DNA of 45,850 bases from NCBI GenBank assembly GCA_048938025.1, contig JBHLMP010000031.1:1-45850 (forward strand). Reading direction: 5' to 3'. The first letter of the stretch is position 1; the number at the start of each line of letters is the position of its first letter. Source of the DNA: Promethearchaeota archaeon. GTDB lineage: Archaea; Asgardarchaeota; Lokiarchaeia; Sigyniarchaeales; SOKP01. Below the pieces are notes generated by a model that was not told where the DNA came from, made no database searches, and saw nothing but the letters and a program-made list of their open reading frames with translations. The translations under genes and the position numbers were made by a program. This document shows, piece by piece, positions 8,415 through 19,382 of this stretch.

Positions 8415-9998
8415 TTATTGACCATTAGCAATTTCTGCTGTTTTTCTTGGTTCTTGAGCTACTATAATATTCGCTGTTTTCTCTTCAGTTATTTTAGGTT
8501 TGATTTTTAATTGGTCTTCAATTTTAGCTTGGGTCATAATATCATTTAATTCATCTGAAATCATTGAACTCGTCATTCCCATATTGTGAAGCATTTCTAA
8601 TCCACTCATCACTACTGTTTTAAAGAATCTCGGAAGATTTTTAGTCATCCATCCAAATTTACCAAATGGATTCATATATCTTTTTGCTTGAGATTTCATC
8701 CACCCTTTAAGGTAGTAAGCAGAATACGCTTCACCAACTAATCGGTACATTTCATTGGCTGTAAGCTGTTCAGTTCGCATCATTGCATGGAATAAATCGT
8801 AATGCTTATAATTATTGGTTGTAATCATGCCTTTTTCTTTCATTTCATCATAGAACGGAGTTCCTGGAAAGGCGGTAATTGGAGTAAATTGTATACAAGA
8901 TAGATTAAGTGATTTTGCAAATTGGATGGTTTGCCGGACCATCGTCTTGGTTTCTCCTGGAAAACCTATTATAACACCTCCAAAAATCGATATTCCACGA
9001 TCTTGTAACATCGCGACAACTTTTCTCACCATCTCAGGAGTTGTATTCTTTTTATTCATGGCGTCAAGACTTTGTTGATGAACAGATTCGATTCCAAGGA
9101 AGACTTGCCTCATCCCTGCCTTATGCATAAGATCAATTAACCATTGATCTCGATATAAGGTATCTACTCGAGATTGACATGAGAAATACATTTTATTAGA
9201 GACTCCAGATTTAATTAAAGTTTCGAGAATTTTTTTCGTTCTCTTGACTTTAATTGTGAAATTATCTTCACAGAAAAAGATGAAATCATTTTTCCAGTCA
9301 ATATCGTAAACTTCCTGCATGACTCGATTCAAACTCTTTGTCCTATAGCTTATATAGTGAGAAGGATCTTTCCACATTTTAGTGATACAACAAAATCTAC
9401 ATGAATGTGGGCAACCACGTGAAGTTTCCATTTGTACTACTCTTGTTCCTAAATAAATATATTTTTTATCTTGGAGAAGATCCCTACGTGGTAATGGAAA
9501 ATTATCCAAATTTGGTTCTAATCTACGATCCTTATTATGCTTTACTTTACCTTCTTTATTTTTGTAAGAAACTCCATCTATATCCTTTAAGGAAATTTGT
9601 TTTCTATTTCCATCAATGAAGTCTATTAATTCTTTAAATGTATGTTCGCCTTCTCCTCTTATTGTATAATCAACAGATGGCTGTTTAGCTACATATTCAG
9701 GAGCTAACGTTGGATGGTATCCCCCTAGAACTGTGATACATCCTTGTTTTTTAGCCATTTCGGCTACTTCAAGGGCATGAGAGATCTGGGGTGTCATTGA
9801 AGTTATAGCAACCACATCACTTTTATTCAATTCTTTCCGAAATTGCTGTTCATGATATTTATGAACTTTAAAGTCGAATAGTGTAGCTCCATGTTCAGGA
9901 ACCATTGCAGCTATTGAAATCAGAGCTAAAGGAGCGCCTTTAATAATAGCATCCAATCCAGATTGAATACGAGCAGGATTTACATATAATATTTGCAT
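8415..9998 (-). CDS. B12-binding radical SAM protein
   Basis: N-terminal cobalamin domain (VLGGYHPT, IRGEGE); ETSRGCPHSCRFC CxxxCxxC motif; GIES; IGFPGET. Confidence 0.92.
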   Translation of the reverse strand: MQILYVNPARIQSGLDAIIKGAPLALISIAAMVPEHGATLFDFKVHKYHEQQFRKELNKSDVVAITSMTPQISHALEVAEMAKKQGCITVLGGYHPTLAPEYVAKQPSVDYTIRGEGEHTFKELIDFIDGNRKQISLKDIDGVSYKNKEGKVKHNKDRRLEPNLDNFPLPRRDLLQDKKYIYLGTRVVQMETSRGCPHSCRFCCITKMWKDPSHYISYRTKSLNRVMQEVYDIDWKNDFIFFCEDNFTIKVKRTKKILETLIKSGVSNKMYFSCQSRVDTLYRDQWLIDLMHKAGMRQVFLGIESVHQQSLDAMNKKNTTPEMVRKVVAMLQDRGISIFGGVIIGFPGETKTMVRQTIQFAKSLNLSCIQFTPITAFPGTPFYDEMKEKGMITTNNYKHYDLFHAMMRTEQLTANEMYRLVGEAYSAYYLKGWMKSQAKRYMNPFGKFGWMTKNLPRFFKTVVMSGLEMLHNMGMTSSMISDELNDIMTQAKIEDQLKIKPKITEEKTANIIVAQEPRKTAEIANGQ

Positions 9999-10260
9999 TA
10001 TTAATCATCAATTTTCTCCTCAAAATTATGCCTAATTAGAACTATCATCAAAGAATTATTAGCTAATTTTAAGAAATAGTTTTATAGCATAAATTTGAAT
10101 AACATGATATAGAATAATAAAAATAAATAAAATATTTAAATCTTATTGTTAGATCTACATTGTATTTGTTTAAACTATGTAGTTAAAAAAGACTTAAATT
10201 TTATATTAAAATCAATAAAATGATTTATTTTTTATTTTATTCAAAAAAATTGAAAAATGT

Positions 10261-10950
10261 ATGGTTAATTATTATAGAGAGAAACTTACTGCGTTAAGGT
10301 TAAAAAAATGCTATGATATCGCTCCACCTAGAGTTCAAAAATATTTAAAAGCAGAAGTCGATCATATTTTAACAAAGATTAGAGTAAATGATATTGTTTT
10401 AGAATTAGGATGTGGGTATGGGCGCATTCTTTCTCAAATTGCTTCTAAAGCAGCTCTGGTAATAGGTATTGATAATGCATATTCTAATCTGATTTTAGCA
10501 AAAAAAATGCTTAAACCTTATTCAAATTTTTATTTATTAACGATGGATGCGATTGATTTATCATTTCGCAGTCATATGTTTGATATAGTTGTTTGTATTC
10601 AAAATGGAATATCTGCATTTCATGTAGATAAAATTAGGTTGATAGCAGAGAGTATTCGAGTTACTAAAGCTAATGGATACATTATTTTTTCTAGTTATTC
10701 CGATAAATTTTGGGAAGATAGATTAGAATGGTTTCAATTACAATCTAAAAATGGCTTAATTGGAGAAATTGATTATGAGAAAACTCAGAATGGGATTATT
10801 GTATGTAAGGATGGTTTCACAGCAACAACAATAAGCCCAGAAGAATTTTTATCTCTAACTTCTTATTTTCATATTGAGCCCAAAATAGTTGAAGTTGATA
10901 ATTCAAGCCTGTTTTGTGAAATTAAAATTCCGAAAAACAATAAAAACTAA
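10261..10950 (+). CDS. Class I SAM-dependent methyltransferase
   Basis: VLELGCGYGR motif I, VIGIDN, FDIVV. Confidence 0.88.
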   Translation: MVNYYREKLTALRLKKCYDIAPPRVQKYLKAEVDHILTKIRVNDIVLELGCGYGRILSQIASKAALVIGIDNAYSNLILAKKMLKPYSNFYLLTMDAIDLSFRSHMFDIVVCIQNGISAFHVDKIRLIAESIRVTKANGYIIFSSYSDKFWEDRLEWFQLQSKNGLIGEIDYEKTQNGIIVCKDGFTATTISPEEFLSLTSYFHIEPKIVEVDNSSLFCEIKIPKNNKN

Positions 10951-11043
10951 AATATCTGCTGAAACATTCCGAAAAGACTTATAATATTTTCTTCAAATAT
11001 TACAGCTCAAAAAGTTTATATTTTTTGAGAGAAAATTCTAGGT

Positions 11044-12237
11044 ATGGTATTAGAGGAATTTGGTAAAAATTATTTACTTCTTGGGCTCCGAATAGGGAAA
11101 TTAATAGAGGGGTATATTGATGCTTATTTTGGACCACCAGAATTGAAATATACTGTTGATAAAGAGAAACCACAATCACCTAAAGAGTTACTTCATAAAT
11201 GTAAAACTCTTCAAAAAGAATTACCTAATCAAGGTTTTATTGAAGAACGTATTAGGTTCCTAGGAAAAATGCTTGGCGCCATGGAAACTTCATTAGAGAT
11301 ACTTAATGGACATGAAATTCCATATTTAGAGAAAGTTAATAGATTATACAATATTAAACCAGAGTTAATTGATGATTCAGTATTTTATAATGTAGCTAAA
11401 GAGTTAGATAGCATATATGAAGGATCTGGTAATCTAGCTGAACGTATGGATATAATTCAAAAACGACGGGCTATACCCGAAGATAAAATTGAAGGAACCT
11501 TTAGAAAGGCTTGTGAAATTGTGCGGGAACGTACACTAAGATTATTTCCTGGCTTATTACCCAATGAAGAAGAATTTACCATCAGAATAGTCAAAAATGA
11601 GCCTTGGGGGGCATATAACTGGTATTTAGGTAACTTTAAATCTAAAATAGATGTAAATACTGATGTTCCCAATGCTTGGACTAGAGTTTTATTAGCTGCT
11701 GCTCATGAAGGATACCCTGGTCATCATACTGAGCATGTTGTTAAAGAAAAATTACTTTATATTGAAGAGCATCGGTTTGAACATAGTATAATATTGATCC
11801 AAACACCTGAATGTGTAATTGCAGAGGGTATCGGAAATACAGGACTCGATGTCTTATTTTCTCAACGTGAAAAAGTAAAAATAGGTCTTGAAGAATTATG
11901 TCCATATCCAGAAAAGGAATATTCTTTAAATGCATTGGTGGCTGAAAACGAGGCTACAAAGGATCTTAGGGCTTTAACGAATAATTTGGCAATTCACGCT
12001 CACGTAGACGGTTGGTCTGATGATCAGTTAATGAAATATGGTTTAGATTTTGGTTTTATTATGAAAGAGCGTCTTAGACAAAACCTTATGTTCATTCGCA
12101 ATCCTTTATGGTCAACCTATGTCTTTAATTATTTTATAGGTGAAATGTTGATTAAAAAGAAATTTGGAGAACGTCCTTCTCCTTCTGATTTTAAAAAACT
12201 CCTAACTCAGCCAATATTACCCTCGGATCTTATATAA
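11044..12237 (+). CDS. DUF885-like putative metallopeptidase-fold protein
   Basis: AAHEGYPGHH motif plus downstream IAEG. Confidence 0.6.
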   Translation: MVLEEFGKNYLLLGLRIGKLIEGYIDAYFGPPELKYTVDKEKPQSPKELLHKCKTLQKELPNQGFIEERIRFLGKMLGAMETSLEILNGHEIPYLEKVNRLYNIKPELIDDSVFYNVAKELDSIYEGSGNLAERMDIIQKRRAIPEDKIEGTFRKACEIVRERTLRLFPGLLPNEEEFTIRIVKNEPWGAYNWYLGNFKSKIDVNTDVPNAWTRVLLAAAHEGYPGHHTEHVVKEKLLYIEEHRFEHSIILIQTPECVIAEGIGNTGLDVLFSQREKVKIGLEELCPYPEKEYSLNALVAENEATKDLRALTNNLAIHAHVDGWSDDQLMKYGLDFGFIMKERLRQNLMFIRNPLWSTYVFNYFIGEMLIKKKFGERPSPSDFKKLLTQPILPSDLI

Positions 12238-12340
12238 GTTTCATAACATAGATAGAAGGTTTGATTGAAAGATAAACCTTTATTATATTTTTTAAATTAT
12301 AAATTATTAATTACTAAATTTGATATGAAATTGAAGAAAT

Positions 12341-13111
12341 ATGTCGTTACCGGCTAAAAAAGCAATTGAGATTGATGAGAACATCACTCATTATATTCAT
12401 AAAATGCTAAACATGGAAATGATTCTTAAATATGACGAATCAAAATGTATAGAGTGTGGTTTTTGCCATAGGGTTTGCCCCATTACTATATCTATCTATG
12501 ATGAGCCTCTCAAGAAGACCGCTATTGGTACTCCAAAAGAGATGGGGATTGATTCGAACAAGAAGATCGTCGTTGATCCAGAAAAGTGTGTCCATTGTGG
12601 TTCCTGTACTTGGATCTGCCCATCTTATACACTAGAACTCTTTATAAATGGAGAGAAAAAGATTTTATTGGTAGAAAACGGTTCTCTTCCAGAATTTGAG
12701 GAAGAAGTTCGAACTTTAGAGAATGGAAATAAGGTTCGAAAGGTGGTTGAAGGGAGCATAACGATTACGTGTAATGAAGGGGATACAAAAGTCATAGATC
12801 AATTTGCAGATGAGTGTTCTGTAGGAGCTATGACCCGAAAAGACAAAGATATTGACATAGATAGAGATAAATGCATTTTATGCTTTAAATGTACAGAAGC
12901 ATCAAAAAATTATGAAAACATAAGTGTTGAAGTACATCGAGACCGATTCAAACAAGTTAAAGGAGAACCTTCTTCAGTATGGAATGGGATTATGCTACGT
13001 GTTCTAGGGAAAGAAGGAAAAATAAAAGGAATTATGAGCCGTAGCCAGAATAAACTTGCTGACGCTGTAATTCGATTAATGGGTAAAGAAGAAACTGAAG
13101 AAGAAGGTTAA
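12341..13111 (+). CDS. 4Fe-4S polyferredoxin (FwdF-like)
   Basis: CIECGFCHRVCP, CVHCGSCTWICP, plus degenerate DECSVG and CILCFKC motifs. Confidence 0.8.
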   Translation: MSLPAKKAIEIDENITHYIHKMLNMEMILKYDESKCIECGFCHRVCPITISIYDEPLKKTAIGTPKEMGIDSNKKIVVDPEKCVHCGSCTWICPSYTLELFINGEKKILLVENGSLPEFEEEVRTLENGNKVRKVVEGSITITCNEGDTKVIDQFADECSVGAMTRKDKDIDIDRDKCILCFKCTEASKNYENISVEVHRDRFKQVKGEPSSVWNGIMLRVLGKEGKIKGIMSRSQNKLADAVIRLMGKEETEEEG

Positions 13112-13173
13112 TCTAATTAACTAATATTTTCACATATTTTTAAAAAAAAGGTTTTAGTTATAATCTTCCTTAT

Positions 13174-13965
13174 TCAAGGGTATTTTTGATGTAAGTTCTT
13201 TATAAAATCATCTAGCTCCTTCATGGATTTTTTTTCTGTAGCATAAGCAGCCTTCCCACATTCGTCTTCTAAATCAAGGCATGATTTAATATAGGCTTTA
13301 TTCATAATTGTTAACATGGATTTCGTAAAGAATATAAATTCTGTTTGATATTTTACTATTTTTTTTGCAAAATCAAAAGTTTCAGCATCAAGTTGATCGG
13401 GAGGAAAAACTCTTGTTGGAAAATTGATATTTTTTAACTCTCTTACACCAACTTTATCTGCAGTAAAAAGTAGTTGTTTTGCATATGATAATCCGAAGCC
13501 CAATAATGGTAAAAGGGTTGCCCCAGTCTGCGGAAAAGCAGAAATAGCGAGCTCTGGTAATTTTATATATAACTCATCCTTAGGTCTATCCGCAAAGATC
13601 CTTAAATCAGAAGCAAGTATCAGTAAAACACCAAATCCAACAGCAATGCCTTGAACTTGAGTTATCACTAGTTTCTTCATGAGAAGTATAGTTTCATTAA
13701 CTTTTCTACCCCACTCCGTTATTTTAACTGCGTTTTCAGGAGATCCTTGTATTTCTTTAAGATCATAACCCGCAGAAAAGAATCTCTGCCCGATACTTTT
13801 AATTATAATACATTTAACTTTTTCATGTTTATCTGCTTCAACAAGCTTCTCATGTATTGATTTTAACATAGATACACTACACGCATTTGCCTTATCAGGT
13901 CTATTTATTGTGATTATAGCGATACGTCCTTTTATTTCATATATTATATTTTCTTGAATACTCAT
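13174..13965 (-). CDS. Enoyl-CoA hydratase/isomerase (crotonase) family
   Basis: ITINRPDKANA, FFSAGYDL, LPEL; the first catalytic Glu is absent (GFGVLL). Confidence 0.88.
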   Translation of the reverse strand: MSIQENIIYEIKGRIAIITINRPDKANACSVSMLKSIHEKLVEADKHEKVKCIIIKSIGQRFFSAGYDLKEIQGSPENAVKITEWGRKVNETILLMKKLVITQVQGIAVGFGVLLILASDLRIFADRPKDELYIKLPELAISAFPQTGATLLPLLGFGLSYAKQLLFTADKVGVRELKNINFPTRVFPPDQLDAETFDFAKKIVKYQTEFIFFTKSMLTIMNKAYIKSCLDLEDECGKAAYATEKKSMKELDDFIKNLHQKYP

Positions 13966-14239
13966 AAGATCTTTAACTTAAATTCTAATTTAAAGTATAT
14001 TGAACCTAATGATATCGAAATAAATTAGCAATAATGGAAGTGGTAATTTTTATTTCAAATTTGGAATTAATCTTATTAAGTTAGATATCTAATTTTTCAT
14101 CCCTTTTCTCCATAAGAATTTCTATAAAGTGAAAATTATTACATTTCTTAATCTTGAAAAATGTAAAACTAAAAAATTAAAAAACTATCTACCACATATT
14201 TAGATTGTTATTTCTAATATTTAGAATTAAATTAAAAAA

Positions 14240-15256
14240 ATGATAAAAATGGCGAAAAGAGTCGCAATTAATGGTTTTGGTAGAATTGGAAGATTGTTTT
14301 TTAGAGCGGTATACGATAATTACTGGAATGATATTGATATTGTGTCCATCAACGATCTTTTCGAAGCAAAATATTTGGCTTATGCTTTAAAGTATGACTC
14401 TGTCTTTGGAAGATTTAAAGGAACAGTTGAAGCTAGAGATTCGGCATTGGTTATTGATAATAAAGAAATTCCTATTACTGCTGAAAGAGATCCTGCGAAT
14501 TTACCACACGCTAGTAAAAATGTAGATGTTGCTGTAGAATCAACTGGCAGATTTGTCGATAGAAATGGTGCTTCAAAACATCTAACAGCAGGAGCAAAAA
14601 GAGTACTAATCAGTGCTCCAGCTACAGATCCAGATATTACAGTTGTATTAGGATGTAATGATGATAAATTAACTAGTGATCATAAAATAATTTCAAATGC
14701 ATCATGCACTACCAACTGTTTAGCTCCAGTTGTTAAAGTTGTGCATGATAATTTTAAGATTAAATACGGTCTTATGACGACTATCCATTCCTACACTAAC
14801 GATCAAACTATAGCAGATATCGCAAGGTCAGGAACTCCTGAAAAAATGATCCGTGGACGAGCGGCAGCTCAAAACATGATTCCTACATCTACGGGTGCTG
14901 CTAAAGCAATTGGATTAGTTTTTCCAGATCTTAAAGGAAAATTAGATGGTATTGCTATAAGAGTACCTACACTTGATGGTAGCGTGGTTGATTTAAAAGT
15001 TGTAGTAGAAAATAGATGTACTGCTGACGATGTAAACTCTAAGATGAAAGAAGCTTCTAATAGTAGTCTGAAGGGCATCTTAGAATATACGGAAGACCCT
15101 ATTGTAAGTAGTGATATCATTGGTAATTCTCATAGCTCAATATTCAACAGTCTTTGGACTAAAATTGTTGAAGATGAGGTTTTTGTTTTGAGCTGGTATG
15201 ATAATGAATGGGGCTTTTCAAACCGGATGGCTGAATTAATAGTTAAAAAGTTATAG
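14240..15256 (+). CDS. gap: Class I glyceraldehyde-3-phosphate dehydrogenase
   Basis: AINGFGRIGR, SNASCTTNCLAP, IPTSTGAAKA, SWYDNEWGFS. Confidence 0.96.
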   Translation: MIKMAKRVAINGFGRIGRLFFRAVYDNYWNDIDIVSINDLFEAKYLAYALKYDSVFGRFKGTVEARDSALVIDNKEIPITAERDPANLPHASKNVDVAVESTGRFVDRNGASKHLTAGAKRVLISAPATDPDITVVLGCNDDKLTSDHKIISNASCTTNCLAPVVKVVHDNFKIKYGLMTTIHSYTNDQTIADIARSGTPEKMIRGRAAAQNMIPTSTGAAKAIGLVFPDLKGKLDGIAIRVPTLDGSVVDLKVVVENRCTADDVNSKMKEASNSSLKGILEYTEDPIVSSDIIGNSHSSIFNSLWTKIVEDEVFVLSWYDNEWGFSNRMAELIVKKL

Positions 15257-15265
15257 AAATTTAAC

Positions 15266-15293
15266 TTTTATTTTTTTTTATTTTACTTTTTTT
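15266..15293 (+). terminator. Oligo-T terminator candidate after gap
   Basis: Consecutive T-runs starting about 10 nt after the stop. Confidence 0.5.
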
Positions 15294-15382
15294 GGTGTAA
15301 ATTCTTGAAATTCTATTAAGTTGATTTAATTAATTGAATAAAAGAATAATCCTTTTAAAGATCTTTAAATAATAAATTAACC

Positions 15383-16312
15383 ATGGATCTTAGCACTGGA
15401 AAACCTATTGAAATAACAGATAAAAAACTTTTTGATGAGTATTTCCAAAAGTATCCACCAGAAACATCTGAATTTACATTTACAAACCTCTTTATGTGGA
15501 GGATTTATTATAATTTCTTATTCATGGAGTTTAAGGAGCATCTAATCTTATTTTCTAATGATTATTTGAAAAAAAGGAAAAAGCCAATTAATGGTGGATC
15601 TAGAGATTATATTTACTTTTTTCCTCCAATTGGCCCACATCCAGATGAAATCATTATTGAATTATTTGAGAATATTCGTAATATAGAGATTCATAGAATT
15701 CCAGAAGAAATTTGCGCAAAAGTAACTCAAAATGAGAAATATACTAAATTAAATTTAGATTATCTTGAAGATCGGAATAATTGGGATTATATTTATAACA
15801 AAGAAGAGATTCTTAATTTAGCGGGAAATAAGTTCCGACAAAATAGAAGATGGCTACAAAAATTCCTTAACAATTATGATTATGATTTCCAATTGTTAAC
15901 AAACAATCTTGTTGAGAAATGTAAAGAGCTCCAATTGGAATGGTGTGTAATGAGAGCTTGTACTGAAGATGAAAGTTTAGAAGCAGAACAAGAAGCAATA
16001 TATGAAGCACTAAACAATTTTGAAGCGCTTGGTTTTAGTGGGGGGATATTATGTGTAAATGATAAATGTGCTGCTTATACATTTGGTGAAATGTTAAATA
16101 AAAGAACTTTAGTGATTCATATTGAGAAAGCTCATAGGGAATATGAGGGTTCTTATCAAGCAATCAATAATTTATTTTTAAAAAATAGCAGTGAAGATAC
16201 GCTTTATGTTAATAGAGAACAAGATTTGGGAATAGAAGGGGTAAGAAGAGCAAAAGAGTCTTATAAACCTACTTATATGGTAAAGAAAAGCATAATTTAC
16301 CGAAAAGACTAA
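15383..16312 (+). CDS. DUF2156 / aminoacyl-phosphatidylglycerol synthase-like domain protein
   Basis: SEFTFTNLFMW, DYIY, LAGNK, VIHIEKA, YVNREQDLGIEGVRRAKESYKP. Confidence 0.85.
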   Translation: MDLSTGKPIEITDKKLFDEYFQKYPPETSEFTFTNLFMWRIYYNFLFMEFKEHLILFSNDYLKKRKKPINGGSRDYIYFFPPIGPHPDEIIIELFENIRNIEIHRIPEEICAKVTQNEKYTKLNLDYLEDRNNWDYIYNKEEILNLAGNKFRQNRRWLQKFLNNYDYDFQLLTNNLVEKCKELQLEWCVMRACTEDESLEAEQEAIYEALNNFEALGFSGGILCVNDKCAAYTFGEMLNKRTLVIHIEKAHREYEGSYQAINNLFLKNSSEDTLYVNREQDLGIEGVRRAKESYKPTYMVKKSIIYRKD

Positions 16313-16437
16313 ACAAAATCAGATTAAAATTTCTTAAAAAAAGAAAAATCGCTTAGATTTAAATTCTTAAAATTTCTAGTATCAATATAACTTATATATT
16401 TTTTAACTTCCGATAATTCTAGAACATTAAATTTTGA

Positions 16438-18105
16438 GTGATTATTATGTCAGATGAAGATTTACTAGAAGAAAAACCGGTAGGTCGTTTAACTGGTAAG
16501 ACAACAACTCATACAGTTACAGCTGTATTTGAGGGTCCTTCAGTTGAAAGGAATAATTATTTAGTGGTTTATGGTGAAAAAGGTGAAGCAGGGAAAAAGT
16601 CATATTATGTATTATACATTACCGAAATGTGGACTGATGAGAAAGGTCGTATGGCAAAATTATCTGTATTAGGAGAAAGACCAACGCGTCCTTTTGAAAT
16701 TGGCTCGGATGTCTTCATGGCAAAAGAAGAACAAATTTCAAAGATTTTAGGAATCTTCAACCCACCGGAAGAATCTCTCTCTTTAGGAAAGCTTATTGGT
16801 TATCCTTATGAAGTTTATTTATTAATCAAAAATTTTGGTAGAATTTTCATTACCGGAAAATCTGGATCGGGTAAATCCTACACTATGGGAGTTCTCTGTG
16901 AAGAATTCCTAAAGAAAGGAATTCCTGTAGTAATATTAGATAGACATGGAGAATATGGGAGTTTAAAGGTCGCAGGTGAAGATCTTCCAGAAGGGGAAAG
17001 CGAATTTGTAGATAGTATTATTGAATTTTCTGATTTAAAGAAAAACAAAGGTGGAGATGTTGATATAGAGTACTTATTTTCATTAAAGCCTACAGATATT
17101 ATTGCACCTAATCTTTGTACCGTAGTTAATTTGAATGGAATGGCTTTGGAGGTACAAGAGGCTATAGCTGGCAAACTTCTAAAAAAACTTTATGATGCTA
17201 GCACAACAAGAACCATTCCTCCGTTTTACTTATTTTTAGATGAGGCTCACTTATTTGCTGGAAAGAAACAAACGGAAACTTGCGAAGTAGTTAAGCTCTT
17301 TGCACAGGAGGGTCGAAAATTTGGAGCAAATATAGTAATTGGAACACAGCGACCACAATTATTAGATACAACTATTAGAGCTCAAGCAGGAACATGGGTT
17401 GTTCACAATCTTTCTGATATCCGGGATATTGGAATAACTATATCAAGTGCCGAAGATTTAAGTAATGAAAACAAATCAGATATCTCTGGATTAGGTAAAG
17501 GAGAAGCAATAATCTGTGGAGAAGCCGTCAAAGGAATTCCTCTCTTTGTGAAAATAAGAAAAAGAAGAACAAAACATGGTGGTGTAAGTTTTAATCCATT
17601 AGATTTTCTATCAAAACAAACTGTAGAAGAATTACAAAAACGAAAGGAGAGACTTCTAGGCGGAAAATCTGCTGATGAATTAGAAACGGGAAAATCAGTT
17701 TATCAAGAAATGATGGAACCCAAAACTTCAGCAGATTATTTAGAAGAGATTGCTGAATTAAAAGTTAGAATAAGAGAATTAGAGGATGAAGTATCTCGAT
17801 TAAAACAAAAGGTAGCTGATGTAAAAGAAGGAAAGGAACTACCACTCGAAGCAACCGATGATGTAATACAAGAATTACAAACAGAAATTGATGTATGGAA
17901 AGAGAAATATAATTATCTAAAGGAAATGGCAGAGAAAGGAGAGGGGGAAATTGTTCAATTAACAGAAGATAGTGGAGCACTGCTAGATTTAAATAATAAG
18001 ATCATTGAATTAGAAGCCCAAGTTAAAAAATTTAAATCAAAGTACGACGATGCTTTAATCTTGGCAGAGAAATCAATAGCAGAATTGAAAAAAAGAAAAA
18101 AGTAA
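16438..18105 (+). CDS. HerA/DUF87-family P-loop ATPase with C-terminal coiled coil
   Basis: GKSGSGKS, ILDRHGEY, LDEAH, EGRKFG, TQRP; the last ~130 aa are heptad-rich. Confidence 0.88.
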   Translation: MIIMSDEDLLEEKPVGRLTGKTTTHTVTAVFEGPSVERNNYLVVYGEKGEAGKKSYYVLYITEMWTDEKGRMAKLSVLGERPTRPFEIGSDVFMAKEEQISKILGIFNPPEESLSLGKLIGYPYEVYLLIKNFGRIFITGKSGSGKSYTMGVLCEEFLKKGIPVVILDRHGEYGSLKVAGEDLPEGESEFVDSIIEFSDLKKNKGGDVDIEYLFSLKPTDIIAPNLCTVVNLNGMALEVQEAIAGKLLKKLYDASTTRTIPPFYLFLDEAHLFAGKKQTETCEVVKLFAQEGRKFGANIVIGTQRPQLLDTTIRAQAGTWVVHNLSDIRDIGITISSAEDLSNENKSDISGLGKGEAIICGEAVKGIPLFVKIRKRRTKHGGVSFNPLDFLSKQTVEELQKRKERLLGGKSADELETGKSVYQEMMEPKTSADYLEEIAELKVRIRELEDEVSRLKQKVADVKEGKELPLEATDDVIQELQTEIDVWKEKYNYLKEMAEKGEGEIVQLTEDSGALLDLNNKIIELEAQVKKFKSKYDDALILAEKSIAELKKRKK

Positions 18106-18235
18106 ATAGTACGTAAGAAGATCCTTATAAGTCATTTTTTTTTAATATTATTTTTCCCTATTTCTAAAATTTGATTAATTAGTTTTAATTATCTCAAATT
18201 ATTTAAGTTCTTAATAAACTCAATTTCTTTTAATC

Positions 18236-19324
18236 ATGAAAAGTGAAATATTAAATATTGAAAGTATTAAAAACTTACAGCGTAAATTATCCTCCTTATT
18301 TGGTGTTTCGGGATTTGAAGAAGATGTAAGTAGCTTTATCCTTAGTGAAATTGAGAGTAAAGGATTAGCTGATAAAGCCTGGGTTGATCCATTAGGGAAT
18401 GTTCTTGCTGTAAAAAAAGGAAATGATGGTCAGAAAAAAATCTTGTTAGATGCTCATACTGATGAAATAGGGTTCATGGTTTCTCATATTGAAAAAACTG
18501 GTTTCCTAAGATTTGTTCCAATCGGTGGCTGGGATACTAGAATATTATTAGGACAAGCAGTTATCATAAGATCTGAATCTGGAGAAGTTTTTCACGGAAT
18601 CATTGGTTCTAAGCCTCCACATCTAACTTCAGTAAATGAACGAAAAAAGATTGTAGAAATTAATGATTTGTATATTGATATAGGAATGGGCTCCAAAGAG
18701 GAAGTATTAAACGGTAACCTTAATATTGGTACTGTAGGTACCCTTTATTCACCCTTTGAAGAATTTCCAAATAATATGGTTCGAGGAAAAGCATTTGACG
18801 ATAGAACGGGGTGTAATGTACTTCTCCATATAATGATGCTATTAAAGGAGAAATCTGAAATTAAAATTAAAGATACTGTACTATTTAATTTTGCTGTACA
18901 AGAAGAAAGAGGAAGAGTTGGAGCGATAACAGGCGCTTTTAATCTGAATCCCACCATGGGACTAGCGATTGAAAATACTACGGCTGCAGATGTGCCTGGT
19001 ATTAGAGAATCTGAAATCCCTGTATACATCGGAAAAGGTCCAGCCATTACAGTTGCTGATAAATCAATTATCTCAAGTCCTAAGGTAAATAAAAGACTTA
19101 TCAAAAATGCTGAGCATGAAAAAATTCCATTCCAAATAAAAAAACCGATGTATGGTTATACTGACGCTGGAAGAATTCAAGTTACTCGGGAAGGTGTACC
19201 AAGTTCAGTAGTTTCCGTACCTTGTCGATATATTCATTCACCTACTTCCTTATTAAAGCTCGAAGATATATATGAAACAATTCGGTTGATTGATGTATTC
19301 ATTAGAAACCCCGTGAATTTTTAA
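18236..19324 (+). CDS. M42 family (TET-like) aminopeptidase
   Basis: DAHTDEIG, GKAFDDRTG, VQEERG, TDAG, PCRYIHSP. Confidence 0.92.
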   Translation: MKSEILNIESIKNLQRKLSSLFGVSGFEEDVSSFILSEIESKGLADKAWVDPLGNVLAVKKGNDGQKKILLDAHTDEIGFMVSHIEKTGFLRFVPIGGWDTRILLGQAVIIRSESGEVFHGIIGSKPPHLTSVNERKKIVEINDLYIDIGMGSKEEVLNGNLNIGTVGTLYSPFEEFPNNMVRGKAFDDRTGCNVLLHIMMLLKEKSEIKIKDTVLFNFAVQEERGRVGAITGAFNLNPTMGLAIENTTAADVPGIRESEIPVYIGKGPAITVADKSIISSPKVNKRLIKNAEHEKIPFQIKKPMYGYTDAGRIQVTREGVPSSVVSVPCRYIHSPTSLLKLEDIYETIRLIDVFIRNPVNF

Positions 19325-19382
19325 CTATTAAAAAGGTATTACGAGAAACATATAGATAAAATGCAATTTCATTCTTCAAATT

